NCBI GenBank assembly: GCA_037138355.1
Contig: JBAXIL010000012.1
Coordinates: forward strand, 1 to 42,356
Length of the DNA stretch: 42,356 nt
Origin: a bacterium
Lineage (GTDB): Bacteria > Oederibacteriota > PGYV01 > Palsa-1178
Reading direction: 5' to 3'
A model generated the notes under the pieces. That model worked only from the letters and a program-made list of their open reading frames with translations, searched no databases and was not told the origin of the DNA. Both the position numbers and the translations under genes were made by a program. Below are positions 1 through 9,122 of the stretch, in pieces (position 1 is the first letter of the stretch; each line of letters begins with the position of its first letter).

Positions 1-290
1 GCCGCATAAGGAGGAATAGAATCCATATACATAATCTGATAGAAACCCATGCGAAGAATATTTTGCAAAGTTAGGTCATTAGTAGGTTTTTTTACATAAA
101 GGGATATATAATAGTCAATATAATTTCTATTGCGTAAGACGCCATAAACTAACTCATAAATCTTTTTAAGGTCACGATGTTCCTCATCTATGTCTTTTAA
201 GTTGGCATCTATGCTTTCTCTGGTCCATCTATGAGTGGTGAAAATGTCTGTTAATATCTTTAAGCTTATTTCCCTGAAATCTTTTGACAA
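1..290 (-). CDS. rsmB: 16S rRNA m5C967 methyltransferase RsmB/Sun, N-terminal NusB-like domain (runs off the window edge)
   Basis: Not in the ORF track. Manual translation from TTG at 290 (GGGAGG RBS upstream): MSKDFREISLKIL...ELVYGVLRNRNYIDY...ILRMGFYQIMYMDSIPPYAA, matching RsmB NusB-domain motifs. Confidence 0.8.
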   Translation of the reverse strand, partial: MSKDFREISLKILTDIFTTHRWTRESIDANLKDIDEEHRDLKKIYELVYGVLRNRNYIDYYISLYVKKPTNDLTLQNILRMGFYQIMYMDSIPPYA

Positions 291-369
291 AATCAAACCT
301 CCCTTTGAACTAACTTAATTATAAACATAAACTGGGCTTTGGTAAACAAGAATAAAAGCAATATATTTT

Positions 370-1293
370 CTATATATTAAAATATATATTTAGAGATATT
401 TTATGATTAGCTTGGAATACCCTGTAGTATTCTTCTTTTAAAAAGCAGTAATCTAACTGTAACACTAAGCTGCTAAAGGCATACTTCAAACCGCCACCAA
501 AAGTATAATCAAACTTATAATTAGATACTCCGTACGATATTCCTGCACGCAGAGATATTATTTTTATTATCACTGCTTCTACGCCAGATTTTAATGACGG
601 CCCGTCATATTCATTTTGATTGGCATCTACTGACCATTTTATATCACCATCCATAAATCGAAACAAACTCCCAATTCTCATTACGAGCGGTATTTTTTCA
701 TCTGTTCCAGTAGTCCATACCATATTTCCAGCCAAATCTTGAAAGACAATACCAAAAGAAGCAAAATCATTAAACTTAATTAATGCCGCTAAATCAGCAC
801 TAAATCCATTTGCCCCATAAGTATCAAGCGAGACATGCAAATATTTCAAATTAACACCCAAATATATATTACTGAAAAGCTTTCTGCCATAAGTCAAAAA
901 ATATGCACTTTCTGAATCAGTAAAAGTTGTATGTTCTAAAGTGTCTGCTAACCGGCCTTCTATCTGTCCTGCAGAGGAAGTAATAATATTTAAAGCAAAA
1001 CTGCCATAAATACTTGGATATAGTACATTAAAAAAGCTATAAGACCTATCTTCAGTTAGCCACGAAAACATACTTGAGACTGCGGCTTGTTTTATAAGTG
1101 CTGTGGAGGCGGGATTCCAATACGAGCAAGTTGAATCATCATAATACGCAGTAAAAGCACTTGATAAAGACAAGGCTCTGGCTCCTGCACCTGTACGAAG
1201 AAAAGGAGCGGCCCCTCCAGCTGTACCAAAAACAGCTAACAAGGATGAATAACCCCAAACTGTCAGAAGAATTGCAAGTAAACTTTTTTTCAT
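370..1293 (-). CDS. PorV/PorQ (FadL-like) outer-membrane beta-barrel protein
   Basis: Signal peptide; GAGARALSLSSAFTA..DD....WNPA motif; alternating beta-strands; C-terminal HKISLNIYF strand. Confidence 0.8.
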   Translation of the reverse strand: MKKSLLAILLTVWGYSSLLAVFGTAGGAAPFLRTGAGARALSLSSAFTAYYDDSTCSYWNPASTALIKQAAVSSMFSWLTEDRSYSFFNVLYPSIYGSFALNIITSSAGQIEGRLADTLEHTTFTDSESAYFLTYGRKLFSNIYLGVNLKYLHVSLDTYGANGFSADLAALIKFNDFASFGIVFQDLAGNMVWTTGTDEKIPLVMRIGSLFRFMDGDIKWSVDANQNEYDGPSLKSGVEAVIIKIISLRAGISYGVSNYKFDYTFGGGLKYAFSSLVLQLDYCFLKEEYYRVFQANHKISLNIYFNI

Positions 1294-1345
1294 AATTCCC
1301 TTCTTTAAATTATACTTAGGTTTTCTTACAAAGAAAAATCATTAT

Positions 1346-1377
1346 AAAAAAAGGCGCGCTATTATGCGCGCCTTTTT
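1346..1377. terminator. Rho-independent terminator, possibly bidirectional
   Basis: A-tract GGCGCGC-tattat-GCGCGCC T-tract, about 15 nt downstream of the 1393 stop. Confidence 0.85.
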
Positions 1378-1392
1378 ATTAAAACTCAAAAC

Positions 1393-3069
1393 TTATTTTA
1401 CTACTGCTATTTTCTTATTTATCGCTTTATCAGCAGTAATCACTTTAAAATTGTAAACGCCATTTGCTATTCTTACACCATTATCATTTGTCAAATTCCA
1501 AATTATGTAATTGACTCCCAAAACAACAGCTGTTGTCGGAAGCTCCTTATGCCATACAAGATTGCCATTAGGATCGCTTATAGTGATTTTTACATCTTCG
1601 GCTTTTGACATAGCAAACCGTAAAGTTGTAGATACGCTACATGGATTTGGAAAATTATACACATTCTTTTCACTTAATGTTTCTGTGATATTAATTTTGT
1701 ATGTTGTCAATGCTGAACTTATATTACCCACCGTATCTTTTGTTGCTGCCGTGAAATAATAAGTGCCTGTCTCTAAAGAAGGTATTTCTATTGCTGCCAC
1801 TGCTGAAAATATTGCAGTTTTAACAGAAAAAACATTCTGCTCTTTTGAGATAGTGTAAAGATAACCTGCCACACCATTTAAATCTTCAGCAGAAAGAGTA
1901 AAAGAAGCTGTTGTCTCTCCATACCAAGTATCTTGATTTGGATGTGAAGAAGACATAACTTGAGGTGCCTGAGGTAATTGCTGATATATGACTTTCAATG
2001 TGTTGGTACGCATGTGAGTAAAAGCAATATCTGTTAAGCCATCTCCATTAAAATCTCCTGCCACCACTTCTACAGGCCCATAAGTTTTTACATTATCATT
2101 TGTCACTTTAATTGTTTTGATGAGCACTAATACGCCGTTCTTTTGTAATAGTATATCTACTGTGTCATCATCTCTGTTTGCGGTTATTACATCCAAAAGT
2201 TTATCACCGTTTACATCTGCTATAGTTAGACCATTTGGTCTGCTTCCACCTAAAGCATAAGAAGTGGCTTTACCTGTTCCAGATGGAACTACGGATACTG
2301 TATTGTCATAAAAGTTTGCAGTAATTATGTCATTAATTCCATCACCTGTGACATCTCCAATTTTCACCTTGCATGGACCCTTACCAACTGCTACATCATT
2401 TTCTTTTATTAGAGCAGTTCCATTAAAATCAATTATACTTATAGTTGCGGTATTATAATTTGCGCTAACAATAACTTTTTTGCCATTAATTTCCCCTATC
2501 GTCACATCCGTAGGTGCCCCTGAAACTACAACTTCATATCTGGTATAAGTACCTTTTCCACTCGCGAGAAAAAGAACAATTTTATTTTCAGAATATACAG
2601 CGACCGCTATATCATTAAAACCATCCTTATTCACATCTCCAATCGAAACGCCCACAGGATGTTTACCTGCATTTAATACAACAGGAACTACTCCCGTATA
2701 TAAAGTCACAGTTCCATCATCATAGCTTGATACAGCATATTCTTCCTTACCATCATTATTGAAATCCCCTGCGGCTACACCTCTTGGTGATTTGCCTGAC
2801 GGAAGGTCAATTTTTTTCAGACTTGAACCATCTTTTGAAAATATAGAAATTGAAGCATTGGCAGTGACGGTGACATCCTGTCCTATAAGTGTCGCGCCTC
2901 CAAAATTCGCAACAACTATTTCTTTTATTCCATCTCCATTTACATCCGCTGCCACCAAACCGCGCGGATATGCACCAGAATAAAAGGTGGATATTTCTGA
3001 TAAATTATTTGCAAAAAGCACTACAGAAAATAACATAATTGATAAAACTGCTAAAATAATTTTCTTCAT
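1393..3069 (-). CDS. Secreted FG-GAP/VCBS-repeat beta-propeller protein with T9SS-type (FlgD-Ig-like) C-terminal domain
   Basis: Signal peptide; repeated D(V/F)NGDG..DI calcium-binding motifs; C-terminus VYNFPNP...WNLTNDNG..IANGVY...KKIAVVK. Confidence 0.85.
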   Translation of the reverse strand: MKKIILAVLSIMLFSVVLFANNLSEISTFYSGAYPRGLVAADVNGDGIKEIVVANFGGATLIGQDVTVTANASISIFSKDGSSLKKIDLPSGKSPRGVAAGDFNNDGKEEYAVSSYDDGTVTLYTGVVPVVLNAGKHPVGVSIGDVNKDGFNDIAVAVYSENKIVLFLASGKGTYTRYEVVVSGAPTDVTIGEINGKKVIVSANYNTATISIIDFNGTALIKENDVAVGKGPCKVKIGDVTGDGINDIITANFYDNTVSVVPSGTGKATSYALGGSRPNGLTIADVNGDKLLDVITANRDDDTVDILLQKNGVLVLIKTIKVTNDNVKTYGPVEVVAGDFNGDGLTDIAFTHMRTNTLKVIYQQLPQAPQVMSSSHPNQDTWYGETTASFTLSAEDLNGVAGYLYTISKEQNVFSVKTAIFSAVAAIEIPSLETGTYYFTAATKDTVGNISSALTTYKINITETLSEKNVYNFPNPCSVSTTLRFAMSKAEDVKITISDPNGNLVWHKELPTTAVVLGVNYIIWNLTNDNGVRIANGVYNFKVITADKAINKKIAVVK

Positions 3070-3105
3070 TTGTTCCTCCTATAAATATTAATAACTTATT
3101 TGCTT

Positions 3106-3134
3106 ATTATATACGGAGAATTAGGTGTTGTCAA
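3106..3134 (-). promoter_or_regulatory. Consensus sigma70 promoter for the FG-GAP/CTD gene
   Basis: Minus strand TTGACA-17 nt-TATAAT (perfect consensus); AGGAGG RBS at 3075-3080. Confidence 0.8.
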
Positions 3135-3160
3135 GTGGGTGGTATTATATGCCTTATAAA

Positions 3161-4129
3161 CTAAAACTTTACTCCAAGACCAGCCAAGTGGGACTGCTGG
3201 CTACCAGTAAAGCCATTCCAAATCTGTAATCTGAAGGTATAATCAAGAAACAGCGTTGTTTCTAATAGCTTAACTGTCATACCAGCTCCAGCAGACAAAT
3301 ATGAAGCATTTCTTGTATCCACTGATGTATTATAGCCGGCCCTTATAAAGAATACTTCCATTATATTATCTTCTATACCTGCCGCAAGCCTCGCATAATC
3401 ATAAAAATCCTGTATATAATCAAAAGATAATAAAAATAAATTATCTTTATCTACTTTTACATTATATGAAGTACCTACTCTGAGCGTCAAAGGGAGTGGT
3501 GAAGCTTCACTTATGAATTTTACTGAAGGGCCTATATTTTGTAATGCCAAGCCAAGCTTAATACCAGTATCATACAAAACAAACTGCGAGCCTAAGTCAA
3601 ATAAAACACTTGATGTGTTATAAGTTCCGATTTGTTGTATTACTGCTGCTGCTGCAATACCCAAGCTTAAATATTTTGCTTCACTCCAAGGAATAAACGC
3701 CAGCTTGGCAGAGTTAACAGCATAAGCAACCTTGACAAGAATATCATTGTAAGCCACACCAGGATCTTCCGCATCAGGATTCATAATTGTCGGCATGCCA
3801 CGATAAGTCCCAGCGATAGCAAATGTGCCTTCCAAAAAAGATGTTTCAAATGGTTGAGCATAGGCGATATTGTATAGCTCTAAATCCAAAGCTCCAGCAT
3901 AATTTTTTACATAATAACCTTTTGCATTGATTGAATTAACAAAAGCTAAACCAGCTGGATTATAATTAATAACATCCACATCATTTCCAGCAGCAGTGTA
4001 TGCTGCCCCGAGAGCCAGTGCCCTGACTCCCATGTCAACTTTTAATATATCAGCACCTGTTATGCCTGCCCCAAAAATAACAGAACTAAAAAGGGAAACA
4101 GACAGAACAAGAGTTGCTATTTTCCCCAT
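3161..4129 (-). CDS. PorV/PorQ (FadL-like) outer-membrane beta-barrel protein
   Basis: Signal peptide; GVRALALGAAYTA..ND....YNPAGL motif; LPLTLRVG; C-terminal HLAGLGVKF with terminal Phe. Start overlaps the GT2 end. Confidence 0.8.
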   Translation of the reverse strand: MGKIATLVLSVSLFSSVIFGAGITGADILKVDMGVRALALGAAYTAAGNDVDVINYNPAGLAFVNSINAKGYYVKNYAGALDLELYNIAYAQPFETSFLEGTFAIAGTYRGMPTIMNPDAEDPGVAYNDILVKVAYAVNSAKLAFIPWSEAKYLSLGIAAAAVIQQIGTYNTSSVLFDLGSQFVLYDTGIKLGLALQNIGPSVKFISEASPLPLTLRVGTSYNVKVDKDNLFLLSFDYIQDFYDYARLAAGIEDNIMEVFFIRAGYNTSVDTRNASYLSAGAGMTVKLLETTLFLDYTFRLQIWNGFTGSQQSHLAGLGVKF

Positions 4130-4812
4130 TTTTGTATTTTTCCATATAATTTAAAAAGTTCTACAAAAGCTTTTGCAATGACTCCGATTTTTGCACCGGT
4201 CTGTGTGCCTGCTGTGCGAGGATAATGATGCACCCCTATTTCACCAATCTTGTATCCCATTTTTGTTGCCTTTGCTAAAAGTTCCGTGGAGATTAATGCG
4301 CCCTCTGACTCCACTTGCGCTTTTACTATTATTTCTTTTTTCATTAATTTAAAAGCACAGTCCACATCTTTTACCCAGAACTTAAAAAGTAACTTAACCA
4401 TAGTGCCCCACATAAAAGCATTTAATTTTCTGTGAAAAGGATCTGCTCTTTTTATTCTGTAGCCAACTATGAAATCATATTTATCTGTAAGTGCGACGAG
4501 ATTTTTAATTTCATTCACATCGAACTGTCCGTCTCCATCAGTAAAAAATACCCACTCAAACTTGCCACTGTTTAAGCCGGTCTTTACAGCGCCGCCATAG
4601 CCTTTGTTTTTTTCGTGATTAATCACTCGGACATGCGAGTTGCGTTTTGCAAGCTCAGCCGAAACACCTGCTGTATTATCCTTAGACCCGTCATTTACTA
4701 TTATTACTTCATAGTCCTCACAGACCTCTGATAAAACCTTACAAGTTTTTTCAGCTAAAGCCACTATGTTTAGCTCTTCATTGTACGCTGGAAAAAAAGC
4801 CGATATTTTCAT
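4117..4812 (-). CDS. Family 2 glycosyltransferase (Dpm1/ArnC-like)
   Basis: PAYNEE, VNDGSKD, GYGGA, FTDGDGQ, DVDCAFK motifs. Confidence 0.9.
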   Translation of the reverse strand: MKISAFFPAYNEELNIVALAEKTCKVLSEVCEDYEVIIVNDGSKDNTAGVSAELAKRNSHVRVINHEKNKGYGGAVKTGLNSGKFEWVFFTDGDGQFDVNEIKNLVALTDKYDFIVGYRIKRADPFHRKLNAFMWGTMVKLLFKFWVKDVDCAFKLMKKEIIVKAQVESEGALISTELLAKATKMGYKIGEIGVHHYPRTAGTQTGAKIGVIAKAFVELFKLYGKIQKWGK

Positions 4813-4887
4813 GTTTTAAAGCCTCCATTTTTTTAATTCAATATTTTGCCTTATAAAAAAGGTCAAAACCTAAAAACCTTGATAATA

Positions 4888-6192
4888 CTATTTAGAACCT
4901 AATATAACTCCTGCTACTTTATTTCCAAGCATTACACTATAACTCATTCCTCTATCTTCAGGATAAACCATAGACATATTTGCCAGATATAAGTTTGCAA
5001 AAGGCGACTTATAATCTAACTTTATTTTCGAAAACTCTTTTGTCACCACTGGTTGTGAAAATGGTTCCCTAAACATTTTCCATTCTATCACATCTTTTTC
5101 GTCAAATGAAGGATATATCTTTTTTATATAATCAAAGAATCTTCTTTTCACTGTTTCATTATCTGCCTTATAAAGTTCCGCTTCTGGTGATATATAATTT
5201 CCTACATAAACAATAACATCCCCTCCGTACCATTCTTTTGGGACAAAGTTAGTGTGTTCTACTATCGCCACAAACGGACTATTTTTTTCAGCCACATTCA
5301 ACCAATACACTGGGCTTATAGATTTTTTCATACGCAAGACCATATCCATAGCAGCAAAATAATTTAATCTATCAAATCTGGCAATATATTCTGGATCTTT
5401 AAAGTCAACAATTTTTCTAAGTAGCGCTGGTGCTGGAGTTGCAATAACAGCATCAAATAAAATATCTTTACCTAAAACTTTCACTCCTTCTGCTTTGCCA
5501 TTATTGATTATAACTTTACTCACAGGTGAGCTTTTGTGAATTACTCCACCTAAGCTTAATATCTTAGTTTCAAGTGCGTCTATCATTTTTTGGTAGCTAC
5601 CTTTTAAGTAGCCCAAATATTCTTTCATGCCAGCACCTTTGCGAGAAACTATTCTTGAATGAATCCTTCCATAAAGCCAAGTCATCGCAATCTCACCGGC
5701 TTTGTCAGCAAACTTTTGTTCTAATAAAGGTCCCCAAACCACATCATATACTTTTTGTCCTGCAAATTTTATTACCCATTCTTTTGCAGTAATTTTTTCA
5801 TATTTTTTCCAATTATTTACCTTGGTCAAATAAACCGTCATAAGTCCGAGTCGTACTCGGTCAATAAATGAAAGTGCTTTGAATTTGAAAAGAATATCCA
5901 TAGGTTTGGAAAAAGGATAAGTGACGCCATTATAATAAAAACCCATTTTTGATTCAAGCCACATTAAGTCTTCACTTAAACCAAGTTCATTTATCAAATC
6001 TATGACATCTAAATCGCTTGTAAAAATATGTCTATAGAAAATATCAAGCTTTGTTCCAGCGAAATCAAAAGCCCTTGCCAAACCACCTAACTGCTCTGAA
6101 GCTTCAAAAACCTCAGGTTTATGCCCTGCTTTTGCGAGTCTATATGCCGCTGTAAGCCCAGCAATACCACCACCAACTATTCCTATTTTCAT
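4888..6192 (-). CDS. FAD-dependent oxidoreductase (COG1232/HemY-like fold, PRK07233-like)
   Basis: N-terminal GGGIAG..AA Rossmann motif; E....GG; C-terminal YPEDRGM motif. Confidence 0.8.
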   Translation of the reverse strand: MKIGIVGGGIAGLTAAYRLAKAGHKPEVFEASEQLGGLARAFDFAGTKLDIFYRHIFTSDLDVIDLINELGLSEDLMWLESKMGFYYNGVTYPFSKPMDILFKFKALSFIDRVRLGLMTVYLTKVNNWKKYEKITAKEWVIKFAGQKVYDVVWGPLLEQKFADKAGEIAMTWLYGRIHSRIVSRKGAGMKEYLGYLKGSYQKMIDALETKILSLGGVIHKSSPVSKVIINNGKAEGVKVLGKDILFDAVIATPAPALLRKIVDFKDPEYIARFDRLNYFAAMDMVLRMKKSISPVYWLNVAEKNSPFVAIVEHTNFVPKEWYGGDVIVYVGNYISPEAELYKADNETVKRRFFDYIKKIYPSFDEKDVIEWKMFREPFSQPVVTKEFSKIKLDYKSPFANLYLANMSMVYPEDRGMSYSVMLGNKVAGVILGSK

Positions 6193-6300
6193 TATATCTC
6201 CTTTAAATAAGCATAATATATACGCATCTGTCTATATATGTTGAAATTATAACATAAGAGCACCTAAAAACAATCACAATTTAAAAGGAGAATTCAAAAT

Positions 6301-6380
6301 AGAAGTAGAGAAGTTTGGAGTTTGGAGTTAAAATTCAATTTCAAGTTCAAGTTTGGAGTTTCAAGTTCAGAGTTCAGAGA
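6301..6380 (+). repeat. Intergenic short imperfect repeats (AGTTTGG, TTCAAG/TTCAGAG)
   Basis: agtttggagtttggagtt...ttcaagttcaagtttggagtttcaagttcagagttcagag. Confidence 0.55.
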
Positions 6381-6392
6381 TTAACTTCAGTA

Positions 6393-9023
6393 CTAATCCT
6401 TTACCACAAAAATCTTTCCAGTCATTTTTGTTTTACCATTATTGTATTTCAGAACATAATAATAAATGCCCTGTGAAACTGCTTTGCCATAAGCATTTTT
6501 TCCGTCCCATTTCACAAAAGATGACTGTGCCCAGAAAGCTATTACCTGTTCACCATTTAAAGTATATATAGATATTTGTGTTCCTTTTGGCAAGTTGGCA
6601 AATTTCAGCACATTATCAACTGCTTTTCCAGGATTAAACGGATTCGGATAAATCTCAATATCTCCGACAGTCAACAAAGCTGGTAAACTAAAAGCATGAG
6701 CAGCAGTATATATCTGGTCATTGTAAAGTCCATCAATTGGGCTAAATACAATGGTATCACCTGAAGAAAGCGTCTCTGAAGTTTTTATAGTAAAATAATA
6801 ATATAATATCCCACCTGCATTTATCGAATCAATTTCTGTTTGCGTTAGCACTCTACTGATTGTTCCGCCTGAATAAACCCAGCCGCTATTTCCTCCGGCA
6901 TCAGAAGGACTCTCTTCAAAAGTGACATCTGCTGGAATTATTTCAGATAAAGATAAACTGCCAATTGCAGTTCCAGCATTTTTAACAGTTATTTTAAATT
7001 CGGCATATCCTCCCACTGAAGTTGCAGGATCAACAGCGGTAAAAGTCAACTGTATTTCAGCAGGAGCAGGCGTAATCGTAGGAGTTATTGTTGCAGTAGC
7101 AGAATATGTACTCGTTATAGTTATCGTAGGCGTATCAGTAAAAGTTCCAAGAGCCGTATTAGTCACAGTAGGAGAAGCTGTTCGTGTAGAAGTAGGCGAA
7201 GCCGTTAAAGAAGGTGTGCTTGTTTTAGTTGGAGTAGAGGTAGGAGAATCCATAGCACCAACAATAACAGTAGCCTTTTCAGAAATAACTTCTGGTGCAG
7301 GTTCATCGGAATCAATCAATGCTTGATTATTAACAACAGAATTATTTGAACACAAATCCGCAGTTACCCAAAAAGAAACAGTATTTAATGTATTACCCTG
7401 AACACCAGGAAAATCCCAAGTAACTGTTCCCCCACTCGAGGTACAGCCCTGATCACAACCAACAAAGGTTACACATGCAGGCAATGTATCCCATATGCGT
7501 AAATGTGTTGCAGGCACAGGATCAAATATTTTTAAATTATCTGCACGCGCATCTCCCTGATTTGCCTGATACCCTGCAGTTCCTGGAGCAGAAAGTGTTG
7601 TATCTGTAGTATTCACATCCCAATAGGTCGGCTCTGTGGAATCTCTTCTCCAACACTTTAGTTTAATATTGCTTCCTGAGACCTGAACTTTCAAAGTGTA
7701 CCATGTATCATTAACTATATAACCGCCTGGATAGTTTTTACTTCCTCCAGCAGGAGTCACAACCCCAGCCCCAGCATCCTTTTGAAGCGTTATTGAATTA
7801 TTATCAGACTGTATTACCGCTTGATACCAATTCGTATGATCAATCACATTGAATTTAAATACAGTATCCTGAGCAAAATTTTCATTTGGAATATATAAAT
7901 CCGTAATATACATAGCATCATGAAGTAATGGTGTCGGTTTTGCTATGCTTGGCCAATCTACATTTTGCGCGTTTACACTTTGCTCGAGATACCCATTAGT
8001 TACCTGCCAGTTGGGTACGCTTGCACCTGAACTCCACTTATCCCAACCTAATATGTCTGCTGCGGAATCAAAATTTACATATTCGTTCAAAGCATATCCT
8101 TCATTACTATAATTAATACTATAAGTAATGGTCTGACCTACAGCCACAGTTGAAGGCTTTGCGAGCTTAGCAATTTTAAGAGCAGCACCTATGGTTACAA
8201 TCGCATCTTTTGAAACAGCTGTCGCTCCACTGCTGGTTGCTGATGCAGTATTATGTATTAAAGTTCCTGCGGCAGTTCCGACTTTTACCTGTACGAGAAA
8301 TGAAAGTGATCCCTTTGCAGGAGATGTAATATTTCCCAAATTCCATGATACTGTTCCAGCACTGTATGTCCCTCCATCATAAGCTTCTACAAATGTCATA
8401 TCCGACGGTATCACATCTGAAATAATAACATTATTTGTATTAGCCACATCGTAAGCGATTGTATAAAGAACTTTTCCGCCAGCTGTCGCAGAAGAGCCTT
8501 CTGCTATTTTTGTGAGTTTTATATATGGCGGTGGCAATGGTACGGTAAAGGAAATACAATTTTGAACCTGAACATCTAAACCTGGACTCATGTAACAACC
8601 ATAATCTTTCATTCCAACCGCAATATAATAAGTAAAACCTGGCGTGAGAGTGGCTGGTATTATTATTGATCTTGTTTCTGTATTAATCCCAGAAGGTTTA
8701 GTGCCAAGTATACAACCACCGGACACTTGAGTTCCGCCAGATGCACAAGCATTTCCTATTAAGACAATTTGGTTAGGTGTTGCATTTCTTAAAGCACATT
8801 GGTCAGACACCACAACAAGCGAAGCAGGGCTGTTGTAAGCGCTATCTAATGTATAAGTCCACGAAACAGAAACAGTATCACCTGGAGCTGGATTGGAAGG
8901 TGTAATAGAAACGCTGGAAATAGAAGTTATATTAGCTCCATATGCAATAGCGCCAATTAACAAAAATGATGTGAAAATAAACGCCTGTAATAATTTTTTT
9001 AATTTATTCATTACTTTTGGCAT
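6393..9023 (-). CDS. Secreted DUF11-repeat protein with lectin-like insert, Thr/Pro linker and T9SS-type C-terminal domain
   Basis: Signal peptide; three DUF11-like units (G..(V/I).Y.I...N...I.D.(I/L)P....F); T/P/S-rich linker; C-terminus IYPNPFNP...IYTLNG...WDGKN..G..VSQGIY...GKIFVVKD. Confidence 0.85.
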   Translation of the reverse strand: MPKVMNKLKKLLQAFIFTSFLLIGAIAYGANITSISSVSITPSNPAPGDTVSVSWTYTLDSAYNSPASLVVVSDQCALRNATPNQIVLIGNACASGGTQVSGGCILGTKPSGINTETRSIIIPATLTPGFTYYIAVGMKDYGCYMSPGLDVQVQNCISFTVPLPPPYIKLTKIAEGSSATAGGKVLYTIAYDVANTNNVIISDVIPSDMTFVEAYDGGTYSAGTVSWNLGNITSPAKGSLSFLVQVKVGTAAGTLIHNTASATSSGATAVSKDAIVTIGAALKIAKLAKPSTVAVGQTITYSINYSNEGYALNEYVNFDSAADILGWDKWSSGASVPNWQVTNGYLEQSVNAQNVDWPSIAKPTPLLHDAMYITDLYIPNENFAQDTVFKFNVIDHTNWYQAVIQSDNNSITLQKDAGAGVVTPAGGSKNYPGGYIVNDTWYTLKVQVSGSNIKLKCWRRDSTEPTYWDVNTTDTTLSAPGTAGYQANQGDARADNLKIFDPVPATHLRIWDTLPACVTFVGCDQGCTSSGGTVTWDFPGVQGNTLNTVSFWVTADLCSNNSVVNNQALIDSDEPAPEVISEKATVIVGAMDSPTSTPTKTSTPSLTASPTSTRTASPTVTNTALGTFTDTPTITITSTYSATATITPTITPAPAEIQLTFTAVDPATSVGGYAEFKITVKNAGTAIGSLSLSEIIPADVTFEESPSDAGGNSGWVYSGGTISRVLTQTEIDSINAGGILYYYFTIKTSETLSSGDTIVFSPIDGLYNDQIYTAAHAFSLPALLTVGDIEIYPNPFNPGKAVDNVLKFANLPKGTQISIYTLNGEQVIAFWAQSSFVKWDGKNAYGKAVSQGIYYYVLKYNNGKTKMTGKIFVVKD

Positions 9024-9051
9024 CCTAATTATTTTTTAATATCTTAGCATA

Positions 9052-9079
9052 AGTATAACCCAAAAGCGCTTTTTGTCAA
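9052..9079 (-). promoter_or_regulatory. sigma70 promoter for the DUF11/CTD gene
   Basis: Minus strand TTGACA-16 nt-TATACT; spacer contains the palindrome AAAAGCGCTTTT. Confidence 0.65.
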
Positions 9080-9122
9080 ATATATTGTTAAACACTTAAA
9101 GAATTGTGAATTTCATTAGCAA

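Noticed and set aside
4888..6192. Calling either flavoprotein (4888 or 29852) hemY
   Set aside because: Only the FAD-binding fold is shared; both sit among glycosyltransferases and no hem genes are in the window.
6922..7326. Val/Gly-rich 134-aa plus-strand ORF
   Set aside because: Antisense reading of the Thr/Pro linker codons.
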